64,000 bases of DNA, from NCBI GenBank assembly GCA_001829085.1, contig MIAK01000058.1, forward strand, positions 29,930 through 93,929, given 5' to 3'. The position numbers were made by a program, and so were the translations under genes. Shown here in pieces: positions 50,188 through 60,592 of the stretch. Position 1 is the stretch's first letter. Each line of letters starts with the position of its first letter. The notes beneath the pieces were generated by a model, which worked only from the letters and a program-made list of their open reading frames with translations, did not search any database and was not told where the DNA came from. Source of the DNA: Sphingomonadales bacterium RIFCSPLOWO2_12_FULL_63_15. Its GTDB lineage: Bacteria; Pseudomonadota; Alphaproteobacteria; Sphingomonadales; Sphingomonadaceae.

Positions 50188-51520
50188 CGGTCATTCCATC
50201 CACGCGCAGCGTCGGCACGTTCATGGCATAGCGAAAATGCAGGTCATTGGCGGGGATGAGCGCGCGGAACATCGCCTTCAAATTGCTGGCGATGGTGATT
50301 TCCGACACCGCATGGGCGACCGCGCCATTTTCGATCAGGAAGCCCGCCGCACCCCGGCTATAATCGCCGGTCACGCCATTGACGCCCATGCCGATCAATT
50401 CGGTGACGTATATGCCGCGCTTCACGTCCGCCATCAGGTCGCCCGGCGAGACCGTACCCGCCTCCATATGGACGTTGGTGATACTGACGCCCGGCGCGCC
50501 GCTGCCGCCCCGGCTGGCATGGCCGGTCGGCTCCAGGCCCAATTGTCGCGCCGAAGCGCTGTCCATCAGCCAGCCGGTCAGCACGCCCCGGTCGATCAGC
50601 GCGCGCGGCGCGACCGGCAGCCCTTCGCCATCGAAGGGGCGCGAGCGGAGCCCGCGCGGCACCTGCGGATTGTCGATGATGGTGACACCTGCGTCGAACA
50701 GGGCTTCGCCCAGCGATTCAAGCAGGAAACTCGACCGGCGCGCGATCGCCGGACCGACCATGCCGCCGATCAGATGGCCAAGCAGGCTGGAGCCGATCCG
50801 CGGATCGAAGATCACCGGCATGACGCCGCTTTCCACCTTCACCGGATTGAGGCGGGCGACGGCACGCTGGCCTGCGCGCATACCGATTGCCTCGGCATTG
50901 TCCAGATCCTCAAGATGGCGCACGCTATGGCTGGCATAGTCGCGCTGCATGCCCGACCCAGACCCCGCCAGCACGCTGGCCCAGGTCGAATGATTGGTGC
51001 CGGCATAGGCACCGGCGAAACCATGGCTGGTCGCGAGCGCGACCTGACTGCGGCCGTTCGATGCGCCGCCGCCTTCGCTGTTGGTGATGCCGGGCACTGA
51101 TCGCGCCGCTTCCTCCGCCAGCAGCGCGCGTTCGCGTAGCGCGGCAGGTTCAGGCTCCCCCTCATCAGTCAGGTCGAGCGCGGGCGGGCGTTTCTTCATC
51201 AGCCGGTCTTCGGGGGCGAGTCCCGCATAAGGGTCTTCCGGGGCTTCGCGCGCCATCGCGACGGCACGATCGACCAGCGTGGCGAGCGTCGCCGGGTTCA
51301 TGTCTGACGCGGAAATGCTGGCCGACCGGCTGCCGATGAAGACGCGCAGACCAATCTCTTCACCCTCGGATCGTTCGACATCCTCCAACACGCCGAGCCG
51401 CACCGACACATTGGTCGAAGCGTTGCAGGCATAGATGGCGTCGGCCGCATCCGCCCCTGCCTTGCGCGCGGCGCTGACCAGATCCTGCGCGCGCGACTGG
51501 GCTTCTTCTAGGCTGAGCAT
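50174..51520 (-). CDS. pmbA: TldD/PmbA-family protein (PmbA/TldE-like)
   Basis: FDGEG, G.N.VTGDYS.GA.GF and EITIASNL motifs; no HExxH. Confidence 0.88.
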   Translation of the reverse strand: MLSLEEAQSRAQDLVSAARKAGADAADAIYACNASTNVSVRLGVLEDVERSEGEEIGLRVFIGSRSASISASDMNPATLATLVDRAVAMAREAPEDPYAGLAPEDRLMKKRPPALDLTDEGEPEPAALRERALLAEEAARSVPGITNSEGGGASNGRSQVALATSHGFAGAYAGTNHSTWASVLAGSGSGMQRDYASHSVRHLEDLDNAEAIGMRAGQRAVARLNPVKVESGVMPVIFDPRIGSSLLGHLIGGMVGPAIARRSSFLLESLGEALFDAGVTIIDNPQVPRGLRSRPFDGEGLPVAPRALIDRGVLTGWLMDSASARQLGLEPTGHASRGGSGAPGVSITNVHMEAGTVSPGDLMADVKRGIYVTELIGMGVNGVTGDYSRGAAGFLIENGAVAHAVSEITIASNLKAMFRALIPANDLHFRYAMNVPTLRVDGMTVAGG

Positions 51521-51561
51521 GGAGGCGTGGGTGTCCCGAAACTGAAAATGAGCCTGTGGCC

Positions 51562-52479
51562 TTACGCGCTTGCGCCCATGGGAGCAACGCCCGCCAGCCA
51601 TCGGTCGAGCAGGTGCCAGGCGACCGCCATGGGCGGCGGCGCGAGGAAAGGTGCGTCCTGTTCCTCCGCTATTGCCGCGCGAACGGCAGCGGCGTCGCAC
51701 CAGAAGGCATCCTCTATCTCGGTCGGATCGAGCGTCAGCGCGTCGTCGTCCGCCTGCGCGATACAAGCGATCATCAGGGAAGAAGGAAAGGGCCAGGGCT
51801 GGCTCATGACATAGCGCACGTCGCGGACACGGATGCCCGCTTCCTCGAACAGTTCGCGCGCGACGGCTTCCTCGATCGTTTCGCCAGGTTCGACAAAGCC
51901 CGCCAGAGCCGAATAGCGTCCCTGCGGCCAGGCATGTTGTCGCCCGACAAGCACCCGACCCTGATATTCCGCCAGCATGATGACGACCGGATCGGTGCGC
52001 GGGAAATGTTCGGCCGCGCAAAGGTCGCACCGCCGCGACCAGCCTGCCTTGACCGGCTGGGTCGGCCCCCCGCAGACCGAGCAAAAGCGATGGCGGGCAT
52101 GCCAATGCACCAGGCTGCGCGCGGTTCCGTAGAGCGCTACCTCCGCCGCTGGCACCAGTCCGGCGATGGCGCGGCTGCGCGGGGTAGGAATTAGGTTGGG
52201 GCCAAGATCGGCGACCAATCGCGCGAAAATCCGCTGTCCGGCAGGGTCGATGCCGAGCAGGACGTGATCTGCGACATGGGCGTCTGGCTTCAAAGGCTCC
52301 AGCAGCAGGTGGCCGTCCACCTCGACCGGCTCCAGCCCATCAAGCACCAGCAATCGCGCGGCCGGATCAGCAAAGGTGTCCGCTAGCTTGGCAGGGTTGG
52401 AACGGATATGATCGACGCGATCGATCGTGCCGCCGACGAAGCCGGGCAATGCCTCACTCGCTGGATTAGTGCCGTGCAT
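51562..52479 (-). CDS. nudC: NAD(+) diphosphatase
   Basis: Zn-ribbon FCSVCG...C..C; Nudix box GFVEPGETIEEAVARELFEEAG; SQPWPFPSSLM. Confidence 0.95.
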   Translation of the reverse strand: MHGTNPASEALPGFVGGTIDRVDHIRSNPAKLADTFADPAARLLVLDGLEPVEVDGHLLLEPLKPDAHVADHVLLGIDPAGQRIFARLVADLGPNLIPTPRSRAIAGLVPAAEVALYGTARSLVHWHARHRFCSVCGGPTQPVKAGWSRRCDLCAAEHFPRTDPVVIMLAEYQGRVLVGRQHAWPQGRYSALAGFVEPGETIEEAVARELFEEAGIRVRDVRYVMSQPWPFPSSLMIACIAQADDDALTLDPTEIEDAFWCDAAAVRAAIAEEQDAPFLAPPPMAVAWHLLDRWLAGVAPMGASA

Positions 52480-53539
52480 CGCTGGCCTCCTTTTCTCTTA
52501 TTGCGGTTTCAGCCGCACGAACGAACAGGGTGGGCAATCCCGCCTCCGCCAGTCGATCGATCGGCCACCATTCGCCCGTGTCCTTCGGCACATGATCTTG
52601 ATTCACCTGGATCGCATGAACCGTCAATGCCAGCGAGAAATGGGTGAAGACATGGGCGACCGGCGGCTCCAGCCTCCGCCATGGTCCCGCGAAAGGCGGC
52701 GTCGGATCAGGCGCGTCGTTCCATGCCGATCCGGGCAAGCCGCGCATACCGCCCAGCAACCCCTTGTCCGGGCGACGCATCAGCCAGACATGGCCATCCG
52801 CCCGCTCGATCCAGAAGGCGTGGCCCAGCCGATGCGGCTTGGCCTTTTTCGCGGCCTTGACCGGGAAGGCGGCTGGATCGGCGGTCAGGACGGCGGCGCA
52901 ATCGGCGCGCAAGGGGCAGATGCCGCAGGCGGGATTGCGCGAGGTGCAAATGGTCGCGCCCAAATCCATCATCGCCTGGGCGAAATCCCCGGCGCGGGCA
53001 TCGGGCGTGATTCTATCCGCCGCCGCGCGGATCGCTGGACGGGCAGCGGGTAGCGGGGTGGTGATCGCGAACAGCCGGGCGACGACCCGCTCGACATTGG
53101 CATCCACGACCACGGCGCGGCGGCCAAAGGCGATGGCGGCAACCGCAGCGGCAGTATAGGCACCCACGCCCGGTAGCGCGCGCAGGCCATCCTCCGTATC
53201 TGGGAATCGTCCGCCATGCTCGCCCGCCACCGCCCGCGCGCAGGCAAGCAGGTTGCGGGCGCGGGCATAATAGCCAAGCCCGGCCCAGGCGGCCATCAAA
53301 TCGGCATCCGCCGCCGCCGCCAGCGCCACGACATTGGGCCAGCGTTCGGTGAATTTGGCGAAATAAGGACCGACCGCCGCCACCGTAGTCTGTTGCAGCA
53401 TCACTTCGGACAGCCAGACGCGATAGGGATCAGCCGCGTTGCTCCCGGGCGGCGCGCGCCAGGGCAGGCGACGGGCGTGGACATCGTAATGGGCGAGCAG
53501 GTCGCCCGCGATTTTTGACTCTCTACCCTCGACGCGCAT
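52466..53539 (-). CDS. mutY: A/G-specific adenine glycosylase
   Basis: LPWR, VWLSEVMLQQT, GLGYYARARNL and CTSRNPACGICPL [4Fe-4S] motifs. Confidence 0.96.
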   Translation of the reverse strand: MRVEGRESKIAGDLLAHYDVHARRLPWRAPPGSNAADPYRVWLSEVMLQQTTVAAVGPYFAKFTERWPNVVALAAAADADLMAAWAGLGYYARARNLLACARAVAGEHGGRFPDTEDGLRALPGVGAYTAAAVAAIAFGRRAVVVDANVERVVARLFAITTPLPAARPAIRAAADRITPDARAGDFAQAMMDLGATICTSRNPACGICPLRADCAAVLTADPAAFPVKAAKKAKPHRLGHAFWIERADGHVWLMRRPDKGLLGGMRGLPGSAWNDAPDPTPPFAGPWRRLEPPVAHVFTHFSLALTVHAIQVNQDHVPKDTGEWWPIDRLAEAGLPTLFVRAAETAIREKEASDARH

Positions 53540-53565
53540 GGCGGCGCTATGCCATGGTGCGAGCC

Positions 53566-54108
53566 ATGACGGAACGCCCCCCAGTGCCGAAAGTGAAAAG
53601 CCGCGCCGCCTTGCCCGTCGAGCGGCCCCGGATCGGCGCGAGCCGCCAGATTGCCGACCTGATGCCCGACATCGGCCGCGCCGCTTTCCGCAAGTTCGGC
53701 TTCGTCCAGTCCAGCATCGTCACCCGCTGGACCGAGATCGTCGGCAGCCATTATGCCGCGATCACCGCGCCCGAATCGATTCGCTTCCCGGTCGGCAAGA
53801 AGGCGGGCGGGACATTGCAGCTGACGGTGATGAGCGGCCATGGACCGATGGTGCAACATATGCTGCCCGACATGATCGAGCGGGTGAACCGCTTCTTTGG
53901 CTATGCCGCCGTCGCCAAGGTGGCGATGCGGCAGGGCGATATCCTGCCTGCCACCGCCGAACGCCGCCCGCCACCGCGCAATTTGCGACCGATCCCCGTC
54001 GAACTGGGCGATTCATTGCGTGGCATCGGCGATCCCGAATTGCGCACCGTGCTGGAATCGCTGGCGCAGGGGCTTGCCAACAGCAGCGGCCCGCCCAAGA
54101 TCGGCTGA
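53566..54108 (+). CDS. DUF721/DciA-family protein
   Basis: W.EIVG..YA....PESIRFP and I.RVNRFFGY motifs; conserved mutY-DUF721-dsbA-smc context. Confidence 0.8.
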   Translation: MTERPPVPKVKSRAALPVERPRIGASRQIADLMPDIGRAAFRKFGFVQSSIVTRWTEIVGSHYAAITAPESIRFPVGKKAGGTLQLTVMSGHGPMVQHMLPDMIERVNRFFGYAAVAKVAMRQGDILPATAERRPPPRNLRPIPVELGDSLRGIGDPELRTVLESLAQGLANSSGPPKIG

Positions 54109-54155
54109 TGCCGTTACGCTTTCGTTCAGCCGACATCCGCCAGGAACCTGCTCCC

Positions 54156-54827
54156 ATGACCTTTGCCCGCTTCCTGCCCCTCGCCCTTATCGCCCTGCCC
54201 ACCGCCCTGGTTGCCGCGCCTGCCACCAACTGGGTGAACCGCGTCGTCATCTCGCCGGTCGGCGGGCATGTGATGGGCAATCCGTCCGCCACGACCAAAT
54301 TGGTCGAATATGTAAGCTATACCTGCAGCCATTGTGCCCAGTTCGTGGGACAGGCGAGCGGACCGCTCAAGACCGGCTATGTGCAAGGCGGCAAGGTCAG
54401 TGTCGAGGTGCGCAATGCCGTGCGCGACAAATATGACCTGACCGCCGCGCTGCTTGCGCGTTGCGGCGGCCCGGCCCGCTTCATGGGCAATCATGAAGCG
54501 CTGTTCGCCAATCAGGATGCGTGGATGGCGCAGATCGAGACCTATGATCGCGACGCGACCAAGCCGACCGACCAGATTGCGGCGCTGCGCGACATCGGCC
54601 GGAAGACGGGGCTGTACACGCTGATGGGCAAGCGCGGCTATAAGCCGGCGCAGCTGGACGCCTGCATCGCCAGCCCGATGGCGATGAAACAGGTGATGGC
54701 GATGACCGATGATGCGTGGAACAAAGTGAAGATCACCGGCACGCCCGGCTTCACCGTCAACGGAACACGGGTCGAAGGATCGACCTGGTCCATCCTTCAG
54801 GCCGCATTGCCGCCAGCCTCGCGCTGA
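54156..54827 (+). CDS. DsbA-like thioredoxin-domain protein
   Basis: GNP.A..KLVEY.SYTCSHC and ITGTPGF motifs. Confidence 0.88.
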   Translation: MTFARFLPLALIALPTALVAAPATNWVNRVVISPVGGHVMGNPSATTKLVEYVSYTCSHCAQFVGQASGPLKTGYVQGGKVSVEVRNAVRDKYDLTAALLARCGGPARFMGNHEALFANQDAWMAQIETYDRDATKPTDQIAALRDIGRKTGLYTLMGKRGYKPAQLDACIASPMAMKQVMAMTDDAWNKVKITGTPGFTVNGTRVEGSTWSILQAALPPASR

Positions 54828-54863
54828 TCTAGACTCGCCTCTCAATCATCCATCATCGGAGCC

Positions 54864-55607
54864 TTGCCCGTCGTGAAAGCCTTTTCCGGTCTTGCCCTCA
54901 TCGCCCTCAGCCTGACCCTCGCCGCGTGCGGCAAGAGCGAGGAAAACGCCACGTCGGCCGCAGAGCCGGTCGCGGCTGTCGCGCCGCCCGCTGGCACCAG
55001 CTGGTCGCAGACGGTCGCCGAAACGCCGGATGGCTATTATCTGATGGGCAATCCCGCCGCGAAGGTGAAACTGGTCGAATTCGGCTCCTACACGTGCAGC
55101 CATTGCAAGGATTTCACGGCCGAAGCGTCGGAAGAAATCAACAAGCTGGTCGATACCGGCAAAATGAGCTTCGAGTTCCGCCCCTATGTGCGTGACCCGA
55201 TCGACATTTCGACAGCATTGCTGGCGCGTTGCGGCGGCAAGGATATCTATTATCCGCTGTCCGAACAGTTTTTTGCCAACCAGACCGCGATGTTCGACAA
55301 GGTGCAGGCCATGGGCGACGAGCGCTATCAAGCGGTGATGAACGCACCACCCGTACAGCGATTCGGACAGTTGGCGAGCGATTTGGGCTTGGTTGAATTT
55401 GCCCAGCAACGCGGCATCTCCGCCGATCAAGCTAAGCAATGCCTGGCCGACATCGCCGCCGCTGAAAAACTGGCGAAGGGCGTAGAGACGGCCAACAGCC
55501 AATATCAGATCACTGGTACGCCAAGCTTCCTGATCAATGGCGTACTGGTCGACAATGCCGCGAACTGGGCCTCGCTCCAGCCCAAGCTCAAGGCAGCGGG
55601 ACTCTGA
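54864..55607 (+). CDS. DsbA-like thioredoxin-domain lipoprotein
   Basis: Lipobox LAAC; KLVEFGSYTCSHC and ITGTPSF motifs; paralog of the upstream gene. Confidence 0.88.
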   Translation: MPVVKAFSGLALIALSLTLAACGKSEENATSAAEPVAAVAPPAGTSWSQTVAETPDGYYLMGNPAAKVKLVEFGSYTCSHCKDFTAEASEEINKLVDTGKMSFEFRPYVRDPIDISTALLARCGGKDIYYPLSEQFFANQTAMFDKVQAMGDERYQAVMNAPPVQRFGQLASDLGLVEFAQQRGISADQAKQCLADIAAAEKLAKGVETANSQYQITGTPSFLINGVLVDNAANWASLQPKLKAAGL

Positions 55608-55675
55608 TTGCCGGCCGGGGGGCTGACATCGGCGGTTGAGGGAGCCGGGGCGAGACATCGTCCCGGTCCGATCCC

Positions 55676-58600
55676 GTGCAGATAAAGCGGTTGAAACTCT
55701 CCGGCTTCAAAAGCTTCGTCGATGCGACCGAATTGCGGATCGAGCCGGGCCTGACCGGCATCGTTGGCCCCAACGGATGCGGCAAGTCCAACCTGCTGGA
55801 AGCGATCCGCTGGGTGATGGGCGAATCGAGCGCGCGGTCGATGCGCGGCGGCGGCATGGAAGATGTGATCTTCGCAGGCACCGCGACCCGACCGCAGCGC
55901 GACTTTGCCCTAGTGTCGCTGCTGACGGTGCAGGAACAGGGCGAATTGTTCAGCGCCGTCGATGTCGGCGCGGATGGCGAACTGGAAGTCACGCGCCGGA
56001 TCGAGCGCGGCGCGGGCAGCGCCTATCGGGCCAATGGCAAGGATGTCCGCGCGCGCGACGTCGCGCTGATCTTCGCCGATGCCGCCACCGGGCCGCATAG
56101 CCCGGCGCTGGTCAGCCAGGGGCGGATCGCCGCAGTAATCGCCGCCCGGCCGCAGGAACGGCGCGCCATGCTGGAGGAAGCCGCCGGGATTGCGGGCCTG
56201 CATGTGCGGCGCAAGGATGCCGAACAGAAATTGCGCGCTGCCGAAGCCAATCTGACGCGGCTCGACGAAATATTGATCGACATGGACGCTCGCGCCAACA
56301 GCCTGCGGCGGCAGGCGCGAGCGGCGGAACGCTATATCCGCTTGTCCGACCAGATCCGGGTGGCCGAGGCGCGGGTGTTGTTTGCGCGCTGGCGCGAGGC
56401 CAATGCCAGCGCGGAAGCCGCGCGCGCCGAAGCGAAACAGGCCGATCATAACGTACGTATCGCGCAGCAGGCGCAAGTCGCAGCCGTGGCCCAAGCGCAG
56501 GAGGCCGTCACCCTATTGGCGGACAAGCGCGCCGCCGCCCAGCAGGCGCGCGAGGATGCCAGCGAAGCCGGACATAGACTCCAGACGCTGCGGACGCAGC
56601 GCGATGCGGTGGTGCAGCGCTTGCAGGATCTTTCGCAGCAGGCGGTGCGGCTGGAAGAGGATCGCGTGCGGGAGGGGACGCTGGCCAATGACGCGGCCGA
56701 GGCGATTGCGCGGCTGACGGCGGAGATTGGCACACTCAAGGCGCGGATCGCCGAAACCGAGACATTGCGGCCAGATTTTGCGGCGCGGATCGCGGCTGCC
56801 GAGAGTGGCGCGCGCGATGCCGAACTGAGTCTGGCCAAGGCGATGGCGAAGCAGGCGGGCGAGCAAGCCGAATTGCGCGTCGCGGAAGCCGCGCTGGCTG
56901 CCGCTCGTACCCGGTTGGAACGGGCGGAGCGCGAGGCGTCTCGCCTTGCCGCTGAAGCCGCTGCGCTGCCCGATGCGGCACCGTTGGAAGCGCAGCGCGA
57001 GGAGGCTGTCGCGCGGCAACAGCAGGCCAGCCTGGACCGGGATGCCGCCGATATAGTGATCCGCGAGGCGGAAACCCTGCGACAGTCCGCCACCGAACAG
57101 CGGGCCTCAGCCCAAGCGGCCCTGTCGTCCGCGCGCGCGGGGCTGGCGGCGCTGGACAGCGAAGCCGTTGCCCTGCGCCGCGCCGTGGATAGCGGCTCCG
57201 CCGGGCGCGCCCGCGCGCTGGATCAGGTGAAAGCCGCGCCTGGCTATGAACGCGCCTTGGCCGCTGCCTTGGGCGATGATCTAGAAAGCCCCATCGCAAC
57301 GGAGGGCAAGCGTCGCTGGGCAGGGGCGCAGGCGCAGCCCGATGATCCGGCGCTGCCCGATGGCTGCGCGTCGCTCTCAGACCATATCAGCGCGCCGCCC
57401 GAACTGGCACGTCGCCTGGCGCAGATCGGCTTTGCCGAGCAGGATGCGGGACAGATGCTGCGCGTTGGCCAGCGGTTGGTCACCCGCGATGGGCAGATGC
57501 GCCGCTGGGACGGCTATGTCGCGATCGAAGGCGGCGCGGCGGCAGCCGAACGCTTGATCCGGCTCAACCGGCTGGAGGCGATCATGGCCGCCCGCCCCGC
57601 CACCGCCGCAGAAGTCGATTCGGCGCAGGACGCAGAGCAGGCCGCGCGGGCATCCGAACAGGCCGCGAGCGATGCGCTGGCGGCGGGACGCACTCGACTG
57701 GCGCAGGCAGAGCAGCAGCAACGCACCGCGCTGCGCGCGGCCGACGAGGCGACGACGGCATTGGAGCGCTTATCGGGACGGCGCGAAGGAATAGAGGAAC
57801 GACTGGTCGAGGCGCGGCGTGATTGCGACACCGCGCGCGCCGAACAGGATATGGCGCAGGCCGCGCGCATGGCGATGCCCGATGGGGCGGACACGCGGGC
57901 GCTAGTGGCTGCGCTGACGCAGGCGAGCGAGAAGGCACGCGCCGCCGTCAGCCAGTTGCAGGCCGACCAGGCCCTGGCCGATCGCGCCCTGTCGAACGAC
58001 CGCGAGCGGCAGGCCGCAGCCGAGGCGGAAATCAAGGGCTGGCGCGCGCGGGCTGGCGAAGCGGCCAAGCGCATCGCCGCCATGGTCGCGCGCGGTGACG
58101 CGATCGCCACCGAACGCGCCACCATCGAGGATCAGCCCGACCTATTGGCGCAGTCCATCGCCGCATTGGACGACCAAGGGGCCGCGCTGGCGGAGGCAGC
58201 CGAAACCGCCCGCCGCCTGGAATATGAGGCGGAAGCGATCCTGCGCACGGCCGAAGGCCGCGCCGCGCAGGCGGGCGAAGCGCTTGCCGCCGCGCGGGAA
58301 GCGCGGGCGACGGCTGCGGCCCGCGCCGAAGCCGCCGATGAACGACGCATCGAAACGAACCGCCTGTCGGGCGAACGGTTCGAATGTCCGCCCCCCGTCC
58401 TGCCCGAAAAACTCGGCTTTGCCAGTGCCGATATCCGTATCGCCCAGACGGAACAGGCCGAGCATGACCGCTTCGTCGCCGAGCGCGAACGGATCGGTCC
58501 GGTCAATCTGGTGGCGGCGCAAGAATTGGACGAACTGGAAGCCAGCCAGGCCGCCAGCCGCGCGGAGAGCGAAGAACTGACGCAGGCCATCCACCGGCTG

Positions 58601-59119
58601 CGCGGATCGATCGGCAGCCTCAATCGCGAAGGACGGCAACGGTTGCTCACCGCGTTCGAGGCGGTGGACGGGCATTTCCGCCGTCTTTTCACCACGCTGT
58701 TCAATGGCGGGCAGGCGCATCTCGAACTGATCGACAGCGACGATCCGCTGGAGGCAGGGCTGGAAATCATGGCGCAGCCGCCAGGCAAGAAGCTGGCCGC
58801 GCTGACGCTCTTGTCGGGCGGGGAGCAGGCGTTGACGGCGGTGGCGCTGATCTTTGGCCTGTTCCTGACCAACCCCGCGCCGATCTGCGTGCTGGACGAG
58901 GTCGACGCGCCGTTGGACGACGCCAATGTCGAGCGCTTTTGCGATCTGCTCGATGCGATGGTGGCGCAGACTCAAACCCGTTACCTGATCGTCACGCATA
59001 ATGCCGTCAGCATGGCGCGGATGCACCGATTGTTCGGCGTCACCATGGTCGAACAGGGCGTCAGCCGCCTCGTCTCAGTCAACCTTCAGAGCGCCGAGGC
59101 GCTGCTGGCGGCGGAGTAA
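55676..59119 (+). CDS. smc: Chromosome segregation protein SMC
   Basis: GFKSF, GPNGCGKSN Walker A, long coiled coils, LSGGEQ and DEVDAPLD. Confidence 0.97.
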   Translation: MQIKRLKLSGFKSFVDATELRIEPGLTGIVGPNGCGKSNLLEAIRWVMGESSARSMRGGGMEDVIFAGTATRPQRDFALVSLLTVQEQGELFSAVDVGADGELEVTRRIERGAGSAYRANGKDVRARDVALIFADAATGPHSPALVSQGRIAAVIAARPQERRAMLEEAAGIAGLHVRRKDAEQKLRAAEANLTRLDEILIDMDARANSLRRQARAAERYIRLSDQIRVAEARVLFARWREANASAEAARAEAKQADHNVRIAQQAQVAAVAQAQEAVTLLADKRAAAQQAREDASEAGHRLQTLRTQRDAVVQRLQDLSQQAVRLEEDRVREGTLANDAAEAIARLTAEIGTLKARIAETETLRPDFAARIAAAESGARDAELSLAKAMAKQAGEQAELRVAEAALAAARTRLERAEREASRLAAEAAALPDAAPLEAQREEAVARQQQASLDRDAADIVIREAETLRQSATEQRASAQAALSSARAGLAALDSEAVALRRAVDSGSAGRARALDQVKAAPGYERALAAALGDDLESPIATEGKRRWAGAQAQPDDPALPDGCASLSDHISAPPELARRLAQIGFAEQDAGQMLRVGQRLVTRDGQMRRWDGYVAIEGGAAAAERLIRLNRLEAIMAARPATAAEVDSAQDAEQAARASEQAASDALAAGRTRLAQAEQQQRTALRAADEATTALERLSGRREGIEERLVEARRDCDTARAEQDMAQAARMAMPDGADTRALVAALTQASEKARAAVSQLQADQALADRALSNDRERQAAAEAEIKGWRARAGEAAKRIAAMVARGDAIATERATIEDQPDLLAQSIAALDDQGAALAEAAETARRLEYEAEAILRTAEGRAAQAGEALAAAREARATAAARAEAADERRIETNRLSGERFECPPPVLPEKLGFASADIRIAQTEQAEHDRFVAERERIGPVNLVAAQELDELEASQAASRAESEELTQAIHRLRGSIGSLNREGRQRLLTAFEAVDGHFRRLFTTLFNGGQAHLELIDSDDPLEAGLEIMAQPPGKKLAALTLLSGGEQALTAVALIFGLFLTNPAPICVLDEVDAPLDDANVERFCDLLDAMVAQTQTRYLIVTHNAVSMARMHRLFGVTMVEQGVSRLVSVNLQSAEALLAAE

Positions 59120-59122
59120 GGC

Positions 59123-60592
59123 CTAGCTCCTGCCGAACCAGCCCTTCATCCTGCGGAACAGGCCGCGTTCGCTGATGGATTCGAACATTTCTTCCGGGCC
59201 TTCGGGATCGAGCACTTCATTATCGGCGAGCCAGGTCTGGACGTCGTTCAGGTCCGGGGTAACATAGGGGCGAAAGGTCCGCCCCGGCTTCTGGCGCATT
59301 TCCTCTATGCCCGCGATCAGCCCGCGTTGCGCGATCACGGTGGCCACGCGCTCGACCGGCATGTCGAGATGCTCGGCGATCAGATCGTTGCGAATGGCAA
59401 GGATACGATCCTGCCGACCAGCATTGGCAGGCCGCACAGTGTCGATCGTGACGTCGCATTCGGTATCGAGCCGCATCGACCGATTGTTCATGTTGGAGGA
59501 GCCGACGCGAATCAACCGATCGTCCACGATCAGGATCTTGGCATGAATGTAGATGGGGGCGCCGCGCGTGGTGAAGGCGTGGTAGATGCGGAAGCGACCA
59601 TAAGTATCGCGCGCCTTGAGTGCTTCGTAAAGGCGGGCGCGTGCCGTATCCATCGCCTGCTGTTCCAGCCAGCCATCGGCTTGTTCCGGGTTGACGATAA
59701 CGATATCGGGACCATCGGGTTCGGCGAGTCGCTTGGCAATCGCTTCGGCGATACGGCGTGAGGCGAAATACTGGCTCTCGGCATAAATGCAGCGTTTTGC
59801 CGCCGCGATTTGATGACAATAGAGCCGTTCGATCTCCGTTACGCCATCCTGGTCGTCCATTTGCGGTGCGGATCGGGAAATGGCGACGTCCACGCCTTCA
59901 AACTGCACCGGCAGGGTGTCGGGCCAGCAATCCTCGCCCCCCTCGACCGGTTCCAGATCGTCGCCGCCCGCCATCTTCCAGCGCATGCGGGCATGTGCCC
60001 CAAGCGCCGCAGCAACCGGTCCGGCGAGCGCCGTGGTCGCGTCATGCCATGGCCCATAGGGCGATCCGTCGGGATGATGCCGCCCCGGTTCCTCGTCGCG
60101 ATGGTGACGGGTATCCCACCGGTCGCCGGTCATATCGATGCCGCCGCAAAAGGCGAAACAATCGTCGATCACCACGATTTTCTGATGGTGCGAGGCAGCG
60201 GGCGGATGATGCCCGTCCAGCTTCACCGTGACGCGCGGATGCGCCATCCATTTGAGCGTGGTGAACAGGTTGACCGGGCTGACCATCGACTTCATCGCGC
60301 CGACGTCCCAGCGCAGGAGAAAGATTTCGAGGTCGGGCGAGCGATTGACCAGCCAGCTGATGAAATCGCCGATCACCGCGGGCGAGCCGTCTCCGACCTC
60401 ATCGTCGCGCACCAGGCTGATCGCCGCGTCGAAATCCCAGCCGATCAACATGATCCGCTTGCGCGCCTTGAGCATCGCGGCGCGGGCATGGCGAAAATAG
60501 GTGTCGGCATCGATGATGACGCTGGCGCGGGTGGCGGTCTCGATTTTCCAGCAATCGTCGCCGGGCACTGGCCCTATAGGATGCTCGCTCAT
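59123..60592 (-). CDS. Phospholipase D-family protein (two HKD motifs)
   Basis: HQKIVVID and HAKILIVD (HxKxxxxD) motifs; ATG overlaps the ubiA stop. Confidence 0.9.
   Translation of the reverse strand: MSEHPIGPVPGDDCWKIETATRASVIIDADTYFRHARAAMLKARKRIMLIGWDFDAAISLVRDDEVGDGSPAVIGDFISWLVNRSPDLEIFLLRWDVGAMKSMVSPVNLFTTLKWMAHPRVTVKLDGHHPPAASHHQKIVVIDDCFAFCGGIDMTGDRWDTRHHRDEEPGRHHPDGSPYGPWHDATTALAGPVAAALGAHARMRWKMAGGDDLEPVEGGEDCWPDTLPVQFEGVDVAISRSAPQMDDQDGVTEIERLYCHQIAAAKRCIYAESQYFASRRIAEAIAKRLAEPDGPDIVIVNPEQADGWLEQQAMDTARARLYEALKARDTYGRFRIYHAFTTRGAPIYIHAKILIVDDRLIRVGSSNMNNRSMRLDTECDVTIDTVRPANAGRQDRILAIRNDLIAEHLDMPVERVATVIAQRGLIAGIEEMRQKPGRTFRPYVTPDLNDVQTWLADNEVLDPEGPEEMFESISERGLFRRMKGWFGRS

Noticed and set aside
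54156-55607. Tandem dsbA-like pair before smc as a novel system
   Set aside because: The mutY/DUF721/DsbA-like/smc neighbourhood is a common alphaproteobacterial arrangement, and both proteins have ordinary CxxC motifs.
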